Positions 1 through 14,107 of a stretch of DNA of 64,000 bases are shown here, one piece after another (the first letter of the stretch is position 1; the number at the start of each line of letters is the position of its first letter). This DNA is from Candidatus Rokubacteria bacterium 13_1_40CM_69_27 (GTDB lineage: Bacteria; Methylomirabilota; Methylomirabilia; Rokubacteriales; CSP1-6), in contig MNEF01000106.1 in assembly GCA_001917535.1 (NCBI GenBank), forward strand, positions 1,511 through 65,510, read 5' to 3'. Made by a program: the position numbers and the translations under genes. The notes below the pieces were generated by a model that was not told the origin of the DNA, did not search any database, and saw only the letters and a program-made list of their open reading frames with translations.

Positions 1-4012
<4,012 letters not shown>

Positions 4013-4110
4013 TCTGATGATCCCTTCTGTTCCGCGCCCGTTGTGAAGAGTTGCACGATACTACCCCGAGGCCGGATCATTAGTCAGCCCGAAAAAATCG
4101 TATAGAGGGT

Positions 4111-4125
4111 ATTAGAAGATCTAAT
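4111..4125. promoter_or_regulatory. Candidate LysR operator ATTA-N7-TAAT (T-N11-A)
   Basis: ATTAGAAGATCTAAT dyad in the AT-rich gltB/LysR divergent spacer, abutting an extended -10 (TGATATGAT, 4125-4133). Confidence 0.6.
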
Positions 4126-4140
4126 GATATGATCTGGGGC

Positions 4141-5055
4141 GTGCACCTGGAGACTCTGCGGCTTTACAGCGACATCGTCCGCCTCCGGAGCTTCTCCCGC
4201 GGCGCCGAGCACAACTTCGTCTCTCAATCGGCCGCCAGTCAGGCGATGCAGCAGCTGGAGCGGGAGCTCGGGGTCCCTCTGATCGACCGGACCCAGCGGC
4301 CCTTCGTGGTCACCGCCGAGGGGCAGGCGTTCTACGGCGCCTGCCGCGCGCTGCTGGACGCCTGGGAAAAGGCCAAGGCGGAGGTGGCCTCCGTGAAGGC
4401 GCGCGTGGACGGCACGGTGAGGGTGGCCGCCATCTACTCCGTGGGGCTGCACGACATGAGCCACCACCTTCAGCGGTTCATGTCCCTGTACCCCAACGCC
4501 CGCGTCCAGCTGGAGTGCCTGCACCCCCACAAGGTCGTCGAGGCCGTCCTCAACGGCGAAGCGGACGTCGGCATCATGTCCTATCCGCCCGCCGACCGCG
4601 CGCTCTCGGTGATCCCCTTGCGCTCGGAGCCCATGGCCTTCGTCTGCCATCCCAACCACCGGCTGGCGCGGCGCCGGACCGTCATGCCCGCAGACCTCAA
4701 TGGCCAGCCCTTCGTGGCGTTCGACCGCGAGCTGACGATCCGCAAAGCGATCGACCGCGCGCTCCGCCAGTCCAACGTCAAGCCGAACATCGTGATGGAG
4801 TTCGACAACATCGAGACCATCAAGCAGGCGATCATGATCGCCGCGGGCGTCAGCATCCTGCCCCGGCACACGGTGGAGAAGGAGGCGGGAATCCGGACGC
4901 TCTCGGTCGTGCCCTTCGGCATTCCCGATCTCGTCCGTCCGGTCGGGATCATCCACCGTCGCCAGAAGCAGCTACCACCCGCCGTGAGCCGGTTCATCGA
5001 GCTCCTGCAGGAGTCGAACGGCGCGGCCCCCGCCAAGGTCGCCGCGCAGCGGTGA
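4141..5055 (+). CDS. LysR-family transcriptional regulator (CysL-like)
   Basis: HTH SFSRGAEHNFVSQSAASQAMQQLERELGVPLIDR; C-terminal MEFDNIETIKQAI; divergent from gltB. GTG 4141 preferred over ATG 4129. Confidence 0.93.
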   Translation: MHLETLRLYSDIVRLRSFSRGAEHNFVSQSAASQAMQQLERELGVPLIDRTQRPFVVTAEGQAFYGACRALLDAWEKAKAEVASVKARVDGTVRVAAIYSVGLHDMSHHLQRFMSLYPNARVQLECLHPHKVVEAVLNGEADVGIMSYPPADRALSVIPLRSEPMAFVCHPNHRLARRRTVMPADLNGQPFVAFDRELTIRKAIDRALRQSNVKPNIVMEFDNIETIKQAIMIAAGVSILPRHTVEKEAGIRTLSVVPFGIPDLVRPVGIIHRRQKQLPPAVSRFIELLQESNGAAPAKVAAQR

Positions 5056-5065
5056 GGAATCGAGG

Positions 5066-6196
5066 ATGACCGAAGCCCAGGGCCTGCTCATCATCGCGTC
5101 GAGCGAAGCCGACTCGAACCTCTACTACGCGTGTCGCTTCCTGGCTCCCGATCCCTTCGTGTACGTGGACACCGGGGGACGGCGGCTGTTGCTCATGACC
5201 GACCTCGAGATCGACCGGGCGCGCGCCCAGGCCCGCGTCGACGAGGTGCTCTCCTACTCGGCGTACGAGAGCAAGGCCCGCCAGCGGTGGCCGCGACCGC
5301 ACCTCGCCGACGTGGTCACGCTGCTGCTGGAGGACGTCGGCCTCGGCCAGGTGGAGGTGCCGGCGTCGTTTCCTTTGGAGTACGCGGACCGGCTCCGCGA
5401 GCGCGGCATCGGCGTGAGGGCCAGGCCCGACCCGCTCTTCCCCGAGCGCCTCCGGAAATCGCCGGAGGAGATCGCGGCGATCGCGGCCTCCCAGCGCCAT
5501 ACCGAAGCGGCACTGCAGGCGGCCCTCGACGCGCTCCGCCAGAGCGAGATCCGGGGCGACCTCGTCTACCGGAACGGGCGCCCGCTGACCACGGAGGATC
5601 TGAAGAAGATCGTGAACGTCGCGCTGATGGAGAACGACTGCGTCGCCCAGCACACGATCATCGCCTGCGGCACCGACGGCGTCGACCCTCACAACGAGGG
5701 GTCCGGCCCGATCCGGCCGCACCAGTCGATCGTCTTTGACATCTTCCCGCGCTCGTCCCCGAGCCGCTACTTCGCCGACATGACGCGCACCGTCGTCAAG
5801 GGCCGCGCCTCCGACCCCCTCAAGCGCATGTACGACGCGGTCCTGGCCGCCCAGCTCCGCGGGATCGAACTGATCCGGGCAGGGGCCTCCGGACTCGCCG
5901 TGCATTCCGAGGTGGCGCAGGCGCTCGAGCGCCAGGGCTTCGAGACGGGCGTGGTCGACGGGCGCAACCAGGGGTTCTTCCACGGCACCGGTCACGGTGT
6001 GGGGCTCGACATCCACGAGCCGCCGCGCATCGGCAAGGTGGACTGGGGCCTGGAGGCGGGCAACGTGGTGACGGTGGAGCCCGGGCTCTACTATCCACGC
6101 TGGGGCGCGGTCCGGATCGAGGACATGGTGGTCGTGGAGCCGGCGGGGTGCCGCAACCTGACCAGCTTTTCCAAGGAGACGTTGCTCGAGCTCTGA
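5066..6196 (+). CDS. Xaa-Pro aminopeptidase (M24 family)
   Basis: DIFP, ADMTRT, HGTGHGVGLDIHE, TVEPGLY and RIED metal-ligand motifs. Confidence 0.93.
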   Translation: MTEAQGLLIIASSEADSNLYYACRFLAPDPFVYVDTGGRRLLLMTDLEIDRARAQARVDEVLSYSAYESKARQRWPRPHLADVVTLLLEDVGLGQVEVPASFPLEYADRLRERGIGVRARPDPLFPERLRKSPEEIAAIAASQRHTEAALQAALDALRQSEIRGDLVYRNGRPLTTEDLKKIVNVALMENDCVAQHTIIACGTDGVDPHNEGSGPIRPHQSIVFDIFPRSSPSRYFADMTRTVVKGRASDPLKRMYDAVLAAQLRGIELIRAGASGLAVHSEVAQALERQGFETGVVDGRNQGFFHGTGHGVGLDIHEPPRIGKVDWGLEAGNVVTVEPGLYYPRWGAVRIEDMVVVEPAGCRNLTSFSKETLLEL

Positions 6197-6286
6197 GGCG
6201 GCCACAAACGCCGCGTTGCTCTGAGCGCCGGGGGGGACTACGATGCTGGACACCGGGCTGGCGCGAGTGCCGGCAGGGGGTGGGGC

Positions 6287-6811
6287 ATGAACGAGTTCGA
6301 GGAGGAGTACAGCGAGGAGATCGAAGGCGAGCTCCGGGAGATCCGGGGAGCCCTGTTCAACGACACGATCGCGGTGCTGTCACCCGCGGAGCCGATCTGC
6401 CTGCGGGAGACGGCGATGGTCCACGAGGCGGTGCAGAGCATGCTGGCCCGCCATCAGGCGGGCGTGCTGGTGGTCGACGCCCAGGGACGGCTCACGGGGA
6501 TCTTCACCGAGCGCGACGTGCTCAACCGCGTCGCCGGCAAGGCCCTCGACGTCCGGCGCACGCCGCTCAGCGCGGTGATGACGCCCAATCCGGAGGCGCT
6601 CACCGTATCACAGCGCGTGGCCTACGCGGTCCACTGCATGGGTGTCGCCGGCTACCGCACGGTGCCGCTGGTCGACGCCGAGCAACGCCCGGTCGGCGTG
6701 GTCACGGTCAGCGACGTCATCCGGTGGCTGGCGAATCTGTTCCCCGAGGCCGTGCTGAACCTGGCCCCCGGCGACACCATCAAGCACCCTGGGCGCATCG
6801 ACGCCGGTTAG
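6287..6811 (+). CDS. CBS-domain pair protein
   Basis: VVDAQGRLTGIFTERDVL, VMTPNP and PLVDAEQRPVGVVTVSDVI. Confidence 0.9.
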   Translation: MNEFEEEYSEEIEGELREIRGALFNDTIAVLSPAEPICLRETAMVHEAVQSMLARHQAGVLVVDAQGRLTGIFTERDVLNRVAGKALDVRRTPLSAVMTPNPEALTVSQRVAYAVHCMGVAGYRTVPLVDAEQRPVGVVTVSDVIRWLANLFPEAVLNLAPGDTIKHPGRIDAG

Positions 6812-6840
6812 GCGGTACGGCGGTCGAACCGGAGGACTTC

Positions 6841-6869
6841 TTGCCCTTTCCACGCTGCTCCGATAAAAT
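6841..6869 (+). promoter_or_regulatory. Sigma70-type promoter for korAB
   Basis: TTGCCC-17 nt-TAAAAT. Confidence 0.6.
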
Positions 6870-7020
6870 TATTTCTGGTTGCCCCGGGGGCGAATTCCCC
6901 AAGCAGTCCGGGATCCAGCGCAATCCCCGCCGGTGAAGCACGCCCGACGCGTGCGTGTCGAGGCAGGTGTGTGAGGGCGCTTGATCTGATCACTCGAACC
7001 GACGAGAGGACGATGGATCG

Positions 7021-8892
7021 ATGAGCGAGACCGTGGCTCCCGTCCGGACCGCCGCAAAACAGCTGAGGGAGCTAGACCGCGCCGTAGTCCGCTTCGCCGG
7101 CGACTCCGGCGACGGCATGCAGCTTACGGGCGAGCAGTTCACGACGGAATCGGCCTGGGCCGGGAACGACATCGCCACGCTCCCGAACTTCCCGGCGGAG
7201 ATCCGAGCCCCAGCCGGCACGCTCTTCGGCGTCTCCAGCTTCCAACTCCAGTTCGGAAGCCAACGTGTCTACACGCCGGGGGATCGGCTCGACTGCCTGG
7301 TGGCCATGAACCCGGCGGCGCTGAAGGTGCATCTGAGCGATCTGAAGCCGGGTGGGCTCCTCGTCGTCAACACCAACGCGTTCGACAAGCGGAACCTCGA
7401 CAAGGCGGGCTACCCCTCGAATCCGCTGGACGACCCCGCGCTGGCCGAGCGCTATCGCCTGCACAAGGTGGACATGACGGCCCTCACCCTGGAGGCGATC
7501 AAGGACCTGTCCTTGAACCAGAAGGAGAAGGAACGCACCAAGAACTTCTTCGCCCTGGGCGTGGTTTCCTGGATCTACACGCGACCGCTGGAGCCGACGC
7601 TCGAGTGGATCAAGAAGAAGTTCGCGAAGAACCAGGTCATCGCCGAGGCCAACGCGCGCGTCCTCAAGGCGGGTCACGCCTTCGGCGAGACGGCGGAGAT
7701 CTTCGCCGAGCACTATGCGGTGGAGGCGGCCGAGCTGCCGCCGGGCCTCTACCGCGCCATGACCGGCAACCGGGCGCTGGCCTGGGGGCTTCTGGCCGCC
7801 GCCCAGCGCTCGAAGCTGCCCGTCGTCTACGGCGCCTACCCGATCACGCCGGCCAGCGGCATCCTCGAGGAGCTGGCGATGCACAAGCGGTTCCGGATCC
7901 GCACGATCCAGGCCGAGGACGAGATCGCCGCGGTGACGGCGGCGATCGGCGCCTCGTTCGGCGGGGCCATCGGCGTCACCGCGTCCAGCGGCCCGGGCAT
8001 CGCGCTGAAAGGGGAAGGCATCGGGCTCGCCGTCACGGCCGAGCTGCCGCTCGTCATCTTCGACATCCAGCGGGGGGGGCCGTCGACGGGCCTGCCGACG
8101 AAGACCGAACAGGCCGACCTGATGCAGGCCCTCTACGGCCGCAACAGCGAGTCGCCGGTGGTCGTGCTGGCGCCGGCGACGCCGGGCGACTGCTTCTACA
8201 TCGCCTACGAGGCGGTGCGCATCGCCACCAAATACATGACGCCCGTGCTCGTGCTCAGTGACGGCTTCCTGGCCAACGGCTCCGAGCCGTGGCCCGTCCC
8301 CGACATCAACAGCCTGCCGCCCATCGACGTGCAGTTCCGCACGGAGAAGGAAGGCTTCTTCCCGTATCTCCGTGACCCCGCCACCCTGGCCAGGCCGTGG
8401 GTGAGGCCGGGCACGCCGGGGCTGGAGCACCGCATCGGCGGCATCGAGAAGCAGGACGTGACCGGCAACATCTCCTATGACCCGGACAACCACGACCACA
8501 TGGTCCGCATGCGCGCCGAGAAGGTACGTCGGGTCGCCCAGGAGATCCCGCCCACCTCGATCAACGGGCCGGCCACGGGGGACCTCCTGGTCGTCGGCTG
8601 GGGCGGCACCTATGGGGCCATCACCGCGGCGGTCGAGCGCACGCAGTTGGAAGGCCAGTCGGTGGCCTCCGTCCACCTGCGGTACCTCAATCCGCTGCCG
8701 CCGGACCTCGGCCACATCCTGCGCGAGTACCGGAAGGTGCTGGTGCCGGAGATCAACAGCGGGCAACTGGTGCGCGTGCTACGGGCCGAGTATCTGGTGG
8801 ACGCGGTCGGCTTCAACCGCGTGCGCGGCCTGCCCCTGGCCACCGACGAAATCTACGAGGCCATCAAGCAACTCCTCGGGAGCGCGTCATGA
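7021..8892 (+). CDS. korA: 2-oxoacid:ferredoxin oxidoreductase alpha subunit (gamma-alpha fusion)
   Basis: FAGDSGDGMQLTG, YPITPAS, QAEDEIAA, QRGGPSTGLPTKTEQ. Confidence 0.95.
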   Translation: MSETVAPVRTAAKQLRELDRAVVRFAGDSGDGMQLTGEQFTTESAWAGNDIATLPNFPAEIRAPAGTLFGVSSFQLQFGSQRVYTPGDRLDCLVAMNPAALKVHLSDLKPGGLLVVNTNAFDKRNLDKAGYPSNPLDDPALAERYRLHKVDMTALTLEAIKDLSLNQKEKERTKNFFALGVVSWIYTRPLEPTLEWIKKKFAKNQVIAEANARVLKAGHAFGETAEIFAEHYAVEAAELPPGLYRAMTGNRALAWGLLAAAQRSKLPVVYGAYPITPASGILEELAMHKRFRIRTIQAEDEIAAVTAAIGASFGGAIGVTASSGPGIALKGEGIGLAVTAELPLVIFDIQRGGPSTGLPTKTEQADLMQALYGRNSESPVVVLAPATPGDCFYIAYEAVRIATKYMTPVLVLSDGFLANGSEPWPVPDINSLPPIDVQFRTEKEGFFPYLRDPATLARPWVRPGTPGLEHRIGGIEKQDVTGNISYDPDNHDHMVRMRAEKVRRVAQEIPPTSINGPATGDLLVVGWGGTYGAITAAVERTQLEGQSVASVHLRYLNPLPPDLGHILREYRKVLVPEINSGQLVRVLRAEYLVDAVGFNRVRGLPLATDEIYEAIKQLLGSAS

Positions 8893-9917
8893 GCGTGAGC
8901 GGCGCGGGGCCGGCCGAAGCCCGGCGCTACACGAAGAAGGACTTCGAATCGGACCAGGACGTCCGCTGGTGCCCCGGATGCGGGGACTACGCGATCCTGA
9001 GCGCCGTCCAGAAGACGATGCCCGACCTCGGCATCCCCAAGGAGAACATCGTCTTCATCTCCGGCATCGGCTGCTCCAGCCGGTTCCCGTACTACATGAA
9101 CACCTACGGGTTCCACACGATCCACGGTCGGGCGCCCGCGGTCGCCACGGGCCTGCGCCTGGCCCGGCCCGATCTCAAAATCTTCGTGGTCACCGGCGAT
9201 GGCGATGGGCTCTCCATCGGCGGCAACCACATGCTGCACGTGCTCCGCCGCAACGTGAGCCTGACCATCCTCCTCTTCAACAACCGGATCTACGGGCTCA
9301 CCAAGGGGCAGTACTCGCCGACCAGCGAGCTGGGCAAGGTGACGAAGTCCACGCCGTTGGGCTCGGCCGACCGGCCCGTCAACCCGCTGGCGTTCGCGCT
9401 CGGCTGCGGCGCCACCTTCGTCGGGCGCACGGTCGATCGCGACGTCAAGCACATGGAGGAGATGCTCAAGCGCGCCGCCCACCACAATGGCACGGCCTTC
9501 CTCGAAATCCTGCAGAACTGCAACGTGTACAACGACCTCGCCTGGAACGCGCTGTACGAGAAGGAGTCCAAGCTGCAGTACGAGCTCCGCCTGGAGCAGG
9601 GCAAGCCGCTGCTCTTCGGCGCGCTCGACGACCGCAAGGCGGTCATCATGGACGGCGTCATTCCCAAGGTCGTCTCGGCCGCCAGCGTGCCGGCCAGCGC
9701 CCTCTGGGTGCACGACGAGAAGAACGTGAACGCGGCCAAGCTGCTGGCCGACCTCTGGGCCCCGGAGTTTCCGATCCCGGTGGGCGTGCTGGCGGCGGTG
9801 GAGGCGCCCGTGTACGAGGAGATCCTCCTCGATCAGGAGAAGCGCGCCGTCTCTGAGCGCGGCGCCGGCGACATCGCCAAGCTCCTCACGTCGGGAGATA
9901 CCTGGAAGATCGAATGA
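8889..9917 (+). CDS. korB: 2-oxoacid:ferredoxin oxidoreductase beta subunit
   Basis: WCPGCGD, SGIGCSSR, GDGDG ThDP motif, YGLTKGQYSPT; ATGA overlap with korA. Confidence 0.95.
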   Translation: MSVSGAGPAEARRYTKKDFESDQDVRWCPGCGDYAILSAVQKTMPDLGIPKENIVFISGIGCSSRFPYYMNTYGFHTIHGRAPAVATGLRLARPDLKIFVVTGDGDGLSIGGNHMLHVLRRNVSLTILLFNNRIYGLTKGQYSPTSELGKVTKSTPLGSADRPVNPLAFALGCGATFVGRTVDRDVKHMEEMLKRAAHHNGTAFLEILQNCNVYNDLAWNALYEKESKLQYELRLEQGKPLLFGALDDRKAVIMDGVIPKVVSAASVPASALWVHDEKNVNAAKLLADLWAPEFPIPVGVLAAVEAPVYEEILLDQEKRAVSERGAGDIAKLLTSGDTWKIE

Positions 9918-9918
9918 A

Positions 9919-10013
9919 CATCGGAGGGGGCCTCCTCATCGGAGGGGGTCTAGACGGTCCCCTCCGAGGCCTCCCCCCGGATCGAGTCGCGCCGGCTCCG
10001 CCGGCGCTCGAAC
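9919..10013 (+). repeat. Repeat family A, copy 1 (intergenic, with a duplicated left end)
   Basis: CATCGGAGGGGG occurs twice, then ...CCCCTCCGA, CCTCCCC, and hairpin GCGCCGGC-TCC-GCCGGCGC-TCG. Confidence 0.85.
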
Positions 10014-10060
10014 ACCGCGACCACCGCCCGAGGTAAGCGAGTGCCGCCCGTGGAGCTGTC

Positions 10061-11506
10061 ATGTCCCTGAGTCCCGCCGCGGTCAAAGAACTGCAGCGCA
10101 TCCTGGGTCCCCAGGGGCTCGTCACGACGCCCGAAGGACGGCTCGTCTACGAGTGCGACATGCATACCCTCTACAAGGGAATGCCCGACGCCGTCGCGCT
10201 GCCGACCCGGACGGAGCAGGTGCAGGCCGTCGTCGACCTTTGCCGGCGGGAGCGGGTTCCCGTCGTGCCGCGCGGCTCGGGGACGGGGCTCATCGGCGGC
10301 GCCATGGCGCCTCGGGGGGGCGTCATGGTGTCGCTGAATCGTATGGACCGGATCCTCGACATCGATCTCGCCAACCGATGCGCCACCGTGCAGCCGGGGC
10401 TGATCAACCTCTGGCTCACCCGGGCGGTGAGCGACCGGGGTTACTTCTTCGCGCCCGATCCCTCCAGCCAGATGGTGTCATCCATCGGCGGCAACGTCGC
10501 GACCAACGCCGGGGGACCGCACTGCCTGAAGTACGGCATCACCACCAACCACGTCCTGGGGCTGGAGATGGTCACGGGTCGCGGCGAGCTCGTCCGCCTC
10601 GGCGGCAAGGCCATGGACCGGCCCGGCTACGACCTGACGGGCGCCGCGGTGGGAAGCGAGGGGACGTTCGGTCTCGTCACCGCCATCACGGTGCGCCTGC
10701 TCCACGCCCCCGAGGCGGTGAAGACCGTACTGGCGTCCTTCGCCACGATCGGGGAGGCTTCCGAAACGGTCTCGGACATCATCGCGGCCGGGATGATCCC
10801 GGCCGCCCTCGAGATGCTCGACGCGGTCATCATCCGCGCCATCAACGCGGGCATCGGCGCAGGATACCCGGACAGGGCGGGCGCGGTGCTGCTCATCGAG
10901 CTGGACGGGCCGACCGCGGAGGTGGAAGTCCAGGGCGAGCGCTGCGCGGCCCTCTGCCGCCGGCATCGCGCCCTCGAAGTGCGCGTGGCCCACGACGAAG
11001 CCGAGCGGGCGCTCCTCTGGAAGGGGCGCAAAGAGGCGGCCGGGGCCGTCGGTCGACTGACCTCGAGCTACCTGCTGCAGGACGCCGTGGTCCCGCGCTC
11101 GAAGCTCCCCCAGATCATGCGGGAGATGGAGACCATCGCGGCCCGCCACGGCGTGCTCATCGCCAACGTCTTTCACGCGGGAGACGGCAACCTGCACCCG
11201 CTGATCTGCTACGACGACCGCAAGCCCGAGGAGCTGGCGCGGGCGGTCCGGGCCAACGAAGAGCTGCTTCACGCCTGCATCGAGCTGGGGGGAAGCGTGA
11301 CCGGTGAGCACGGAGTGGGCGTGGATAAGGCCGAGAATCTCACCCTGCAGTATTCCGAGGCCGATCTGAACTTCATGTATCGCCTGCGGCGCGTCTTCGA
11401 TCCCGACGGGATCATGAATCCGGGAAAGCTGCTGCCGTCGCACCCGGCCTGCGCCGAGGGATTCAGGCCATCGCGTCCGGTCCTGCCCACCGGCGCCTGG
11501 ATCTAG
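10061..11506 (+). CDS. glcD: Glycolate/D-2-hydroxyacid dehydrogenase FAD subunit
   Basis: PRGSGTGLIGGA, APDPSSQ, NAGGPHCLKYG, HAGDGNLHP, GEHGVG. Confidence 0.92.
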   Translation: MSLSPAAVKELQRILGPQGLVTTPEGRLVYECDMHTLYKGMPDAVALPTRTEQVQAVVDLCRRERVPVVPRGSGTGLIGGAMAPRGGVMVSLNRMDRILDIDLANRCATVQPGLINLWLTRAVSDRGYFFAPDPSSQMVSSIGGNVATNAGGPHCLKYGITTNHVLGLEMVTGRGELVRLGGKAMDRPGYDLTGAAVGSEGTFGLVTAITVRLLHAPEAVKTVLASFATIGEASETVSDIIAAGMIPAALEMLDAVIIRAINAGIGAGYPDRAGAVLLIELDGPTAEVEVQGERCAALCRRHRALEVRVAHDEAERALLWKGRKEAAGAVGRLTSSYLLQDAVVPRSKLPQIMREMETIAARHGVLIANVFHAGDGNLHPLICYDDRKPEELARAVRANEELLHACIELGGSVTGEHGVGVDKAENLTLQYSEADLNFMYRLRRVFDPDGIMNPGKLLPSHPACAEGFRPSRPVLPTGAWI

Positions 11507-11518
11507 CGGGCCTGCGTG

Positions 11519-12838
11519 ATGAGCGTCTCCACCCGGTCCATCGAGGGAGCCCTCGCCGAGATCGTCGGCCGCGAGCGCGTGAGCGCCGAGCCCCGCCTCC
11601 TGGTCGCGGCTGCCATCGACGGGCGCCCGCCGCGGTGGGTGGTGAGCCCGGGCGCCCTGGAGCAGGTGGCCGCCGTCCTGGCGCTGGCTCACGACGAGAA
11701 GCTGGCGGTGGCGGCGCGGGGCAGCGCCAGCGCCCTCGATCTAGGACGTCCCCCCGCGCGGCTGGACGCCGTGCTCGACATGCGCGGCCTCACGCGGGTC
11801 ACCGAGGACAACCCCGACGATCTCACGGTGAGCGTGGAGGCGGGGATCACCGCGGGAGCGCTGGCCGCTCGTCTGGCCGCCCGGCACCAGTGGCTTCCGG
11901 TGGATCCGCCGGGCTGGCAGTCGCGGACGATCGGCGGCCTCGTGGCCACCAACGCCCATGGTCCGCTCCGGGCGCGCTACGGCACTCTCCGCGATCTCCT
12001 GCTGGGCGTGCGTTTCGTCCAGGCCCACGGCGTGTCCACGTGGGGTGGCGCGCGGGTCGTGAAGTCGGTGACCGGCTATGACGTGCCCAAGCTAATGGTG
12101 GGATCGCTCGGCACCCTCGGTGTGCTCACGGAGCTCACGCTTCGACTGCATCCGATGCCCGAGTCCGAGCTGACGTGGCTCGCTGCCTTCCCGTCCGCGG
12201 CGGCGGCCCAGGCGTTCGTCGCGTGCGTCCTCGACTCGACGCTGCAGCCGAGCCGCGTCGAGCTTCTGAGTGGAGCGGCGCTGCGCGCCTGCGCGGCCAC
12301 CCCGGCCCGGGCCGCAGTCGCCATCGCGATCGGAAGCGTCGAGGCCGCCGTGCGCGATCAGGGCGCGCTCGTCGAGGACTTCGCCCGCCGCGCGGGGGGC
12401 GGGGCCGCCGTGGCCCCCGCGACCTTCTGGGAGCGCTACGATCGTGCCTTCGCGAGGGGCGACGGGGAGATGGTGCTCCAGGTCGCGTCGCTGCCGAGCC
12501 GCCTCGCCGACACGGTGGACGCGATCGAGCGCGGCCAGGAGGGGTTGGGATCGGGCGCCGCCGTGATGATCACCGGCTGTGCGGCGGTGGCGACGCTCCG
12601 GGTCACGCTGACGGGCGCCGAGCTGGAGGGCGCTGCCAGGTTCATCGAGCGGCTGCGGGCGTTCGTCGGCGATTTCGGGGGCAGCGTGGTGATCCAGAGC
12701 GGGCCGATCGCCCTCCGGGCCGGCCTGGACCCCTGGGGCCCGCTCGACCCCGCGACCCTCGCGCTCATGCGCGCGCTGAAGGACGAGTTCGATCCCCACC
12801 GCGTGCTCAATCCGGGGCGCTTCGTCGGGGGCCTGTGA
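11519..12838 (+). CDS. glcE: Glycolate dehydrogenase FAD-binding subunit
   Basis: TIGGLVATN, GGARVVKSVTGYDVPKL, FDPHRVLNPGRF; position in the operon. Confidence 0.88.
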   Translation: MSVSTRSIEGALAEIVGRERVSAEPRLLVAAAIDGRPPRWVVSPGALEQVAAVLALAHDEKLAVAARGSASALDLGRPPARLDAVLDMRGLTRVTEDNPDDLTVSVEAGITAGALAARLAARHQWLPVDPPGWQSRTIGGLVATNAHGPLRARYGTLRDLLLGVRFVQAHGVSTWGGARVVKSVTGYDVPKLMVGSLGTLGVLTELTLRLHPMPESELTWLAAFPSAAAAQAFVACVLDSTLQPSRVELLSGAALRACAATPARAAVAIAIGSVEAAVRDQGALVEDFARRAGGGAAVAPATFWERYDRAFARGDGEMVLQVASLPSRLADTVDAIERGQEGLGSGAAVMITGCAAVATLRVTLTGAELEGAARFIERLRAFVGDFGGSVVIQSGPIALRAGLDPWGPLDPATLALMRALKDEFDPHRVLNPGRFVGGL

Positions 12839-14100
12839 TGAGCGTCGCTCGGCTGGGAGCTTTCACCGCGCCCGATCTGCCCAGCCTGGAGGGGATCCGC
12901 GCCTGCGTGCATTGTGGCATCTGCCTACCGCAGTGCCCGACCTATCGCGTGCTTGGCGAGGAGATGGACTCGCCCCGCGGCCGTATCTACCTCATGCGGG
13001 CCGCCGCCGAGGAGCGACTCGAGCCGACGGAAGCCTTCGCGCGCCACATGGATCTCTGCCTCGGCTGTCGCGCGTGCGAGAGCGCCTGCCCCGCGGGGGT
13101 GCCTTTCGGCGCGCTGCTGGAGGCCACGCGCTTTCAGCTGGCTCGCCGCGGGCTGTCCTCCGAGCCGCGTCTGCTGACGCGGCTGATCTTCGCCGTGTTC
13201 CCCCATCCCGGCCGGATGGGCCTGCTCCTGGGCGCCTTACGCCTCTATCAGCGCTCCGGGCTTCAGCGCTTGGTCCGCGCCAGTGGCCTGCTGCGCCTGG
13301 CGCCCCGCCTGGCGGCGATGGAGGCGCTGCTGCCCCTGGTGCCGCCACGCGAGCCGCTGCCGGAGCTGATTCCCGCCCGGGGTGGGCGCCGCGGGCGCCT
13401 CGGGCTGCTGACCGGCTGCGTGCAGCGCCACCTGTACCCGCAGGTGAACCGCGACACGGCCCGCCTGCTGAGCCTCGCCGGCTGGGACGTCATCGTGCCG
13501 CGCGAGCAGGGCTGCTGTGGCGCGCTCGATCTGCACGGGGGGCGGCTCGGAGCATTCCGGCGGCGAGCCCGGGCCCTGGCGGCGCAGTTCGCCGGGGACC
13601 TCGACTACGTCGTCACCAGTGCCGCGGGTTGCGGCTCGGCCATGAAGGAGTACGGCCACTGGCTGCCCGAGGCCGCCGAGGTCGGAGCGCTCGCCCGGCG
13701 AGTGAGAGACGTCAGCCAGGTCCTCGTCGACGCCGACCTGCCGCTGGGCCGGCTCGAGACGTCGGTGACATACCACGACGCCTGTCACCTGGCTCACGGC
13801 CAGAAGCTGAGGAACGAGCCCCGCGCGCTGCTGGCCCGCGTTCCGGGCCTGCGACTCGTCCCGCTGGCCGACAGCGAGCTCTGCTGCGGGAGCGCCGGCG
13901 TTTACAATCTCGTCGAGCCCGAGATGGCCGAGCGGCTGCTGGACATGAAGATCTCGCGCATCCTCGCGACGGGCGCCCGAGTCGTCGCCGCCGCGAACCC
14001 GGGCTGCCTGCTCCAGATCGCGAAGGGATGTCGCGCGCGGGGGCTCGACATCGAGGTGGTCCACCCGGTCGAGCTGGTGGCCCGCGCGCTACCGGCATGA
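12838..14100 (+). CDS. glcF: Glycolate dehydrogenase Fe-S subunit
   Basis: CVHCGICLPQCP, CLGCRACESACP and two CCG domains; TGATG overlap with glcE. Confidence 0.92.
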   Translation: MSVARLGAFTAPDLPSLEGIRACVHCGICLPQCPTYRVLGEEMDSPRGRIYLMRAAAEERLEPTEAFARHMDLCLGCRACESACPAGVPFGALLEATRFQLARRGLSSEPRLLTRLIFAVFPHPGRMGLLLGALRLYQRSGLQRLVRASGLLRLAPRLAAMEALLPLVPPREPLPELIPARGGRRGRLGLLTGCVQRHLYPQVNRDTARLLSLAGWDVIVPREQGCCGALDLHGGRLGAFRRRARALAAQFAGDLDYVVTSAAGCGSAMKEYGHWLPEAAEVGALARRVRDVSQVLVDADLPLGRLETSVTYHDACHLAHGQKLRNEPRALLARVPGLRLVPLADSELCCGSAGVYNLVEPEMAERLLDMKISRILATGARVVAAANPGCLLQIAKGCRARGLDIEVVHPVELVARALPA

Positions 14101-14107
14101 GGCCGAC

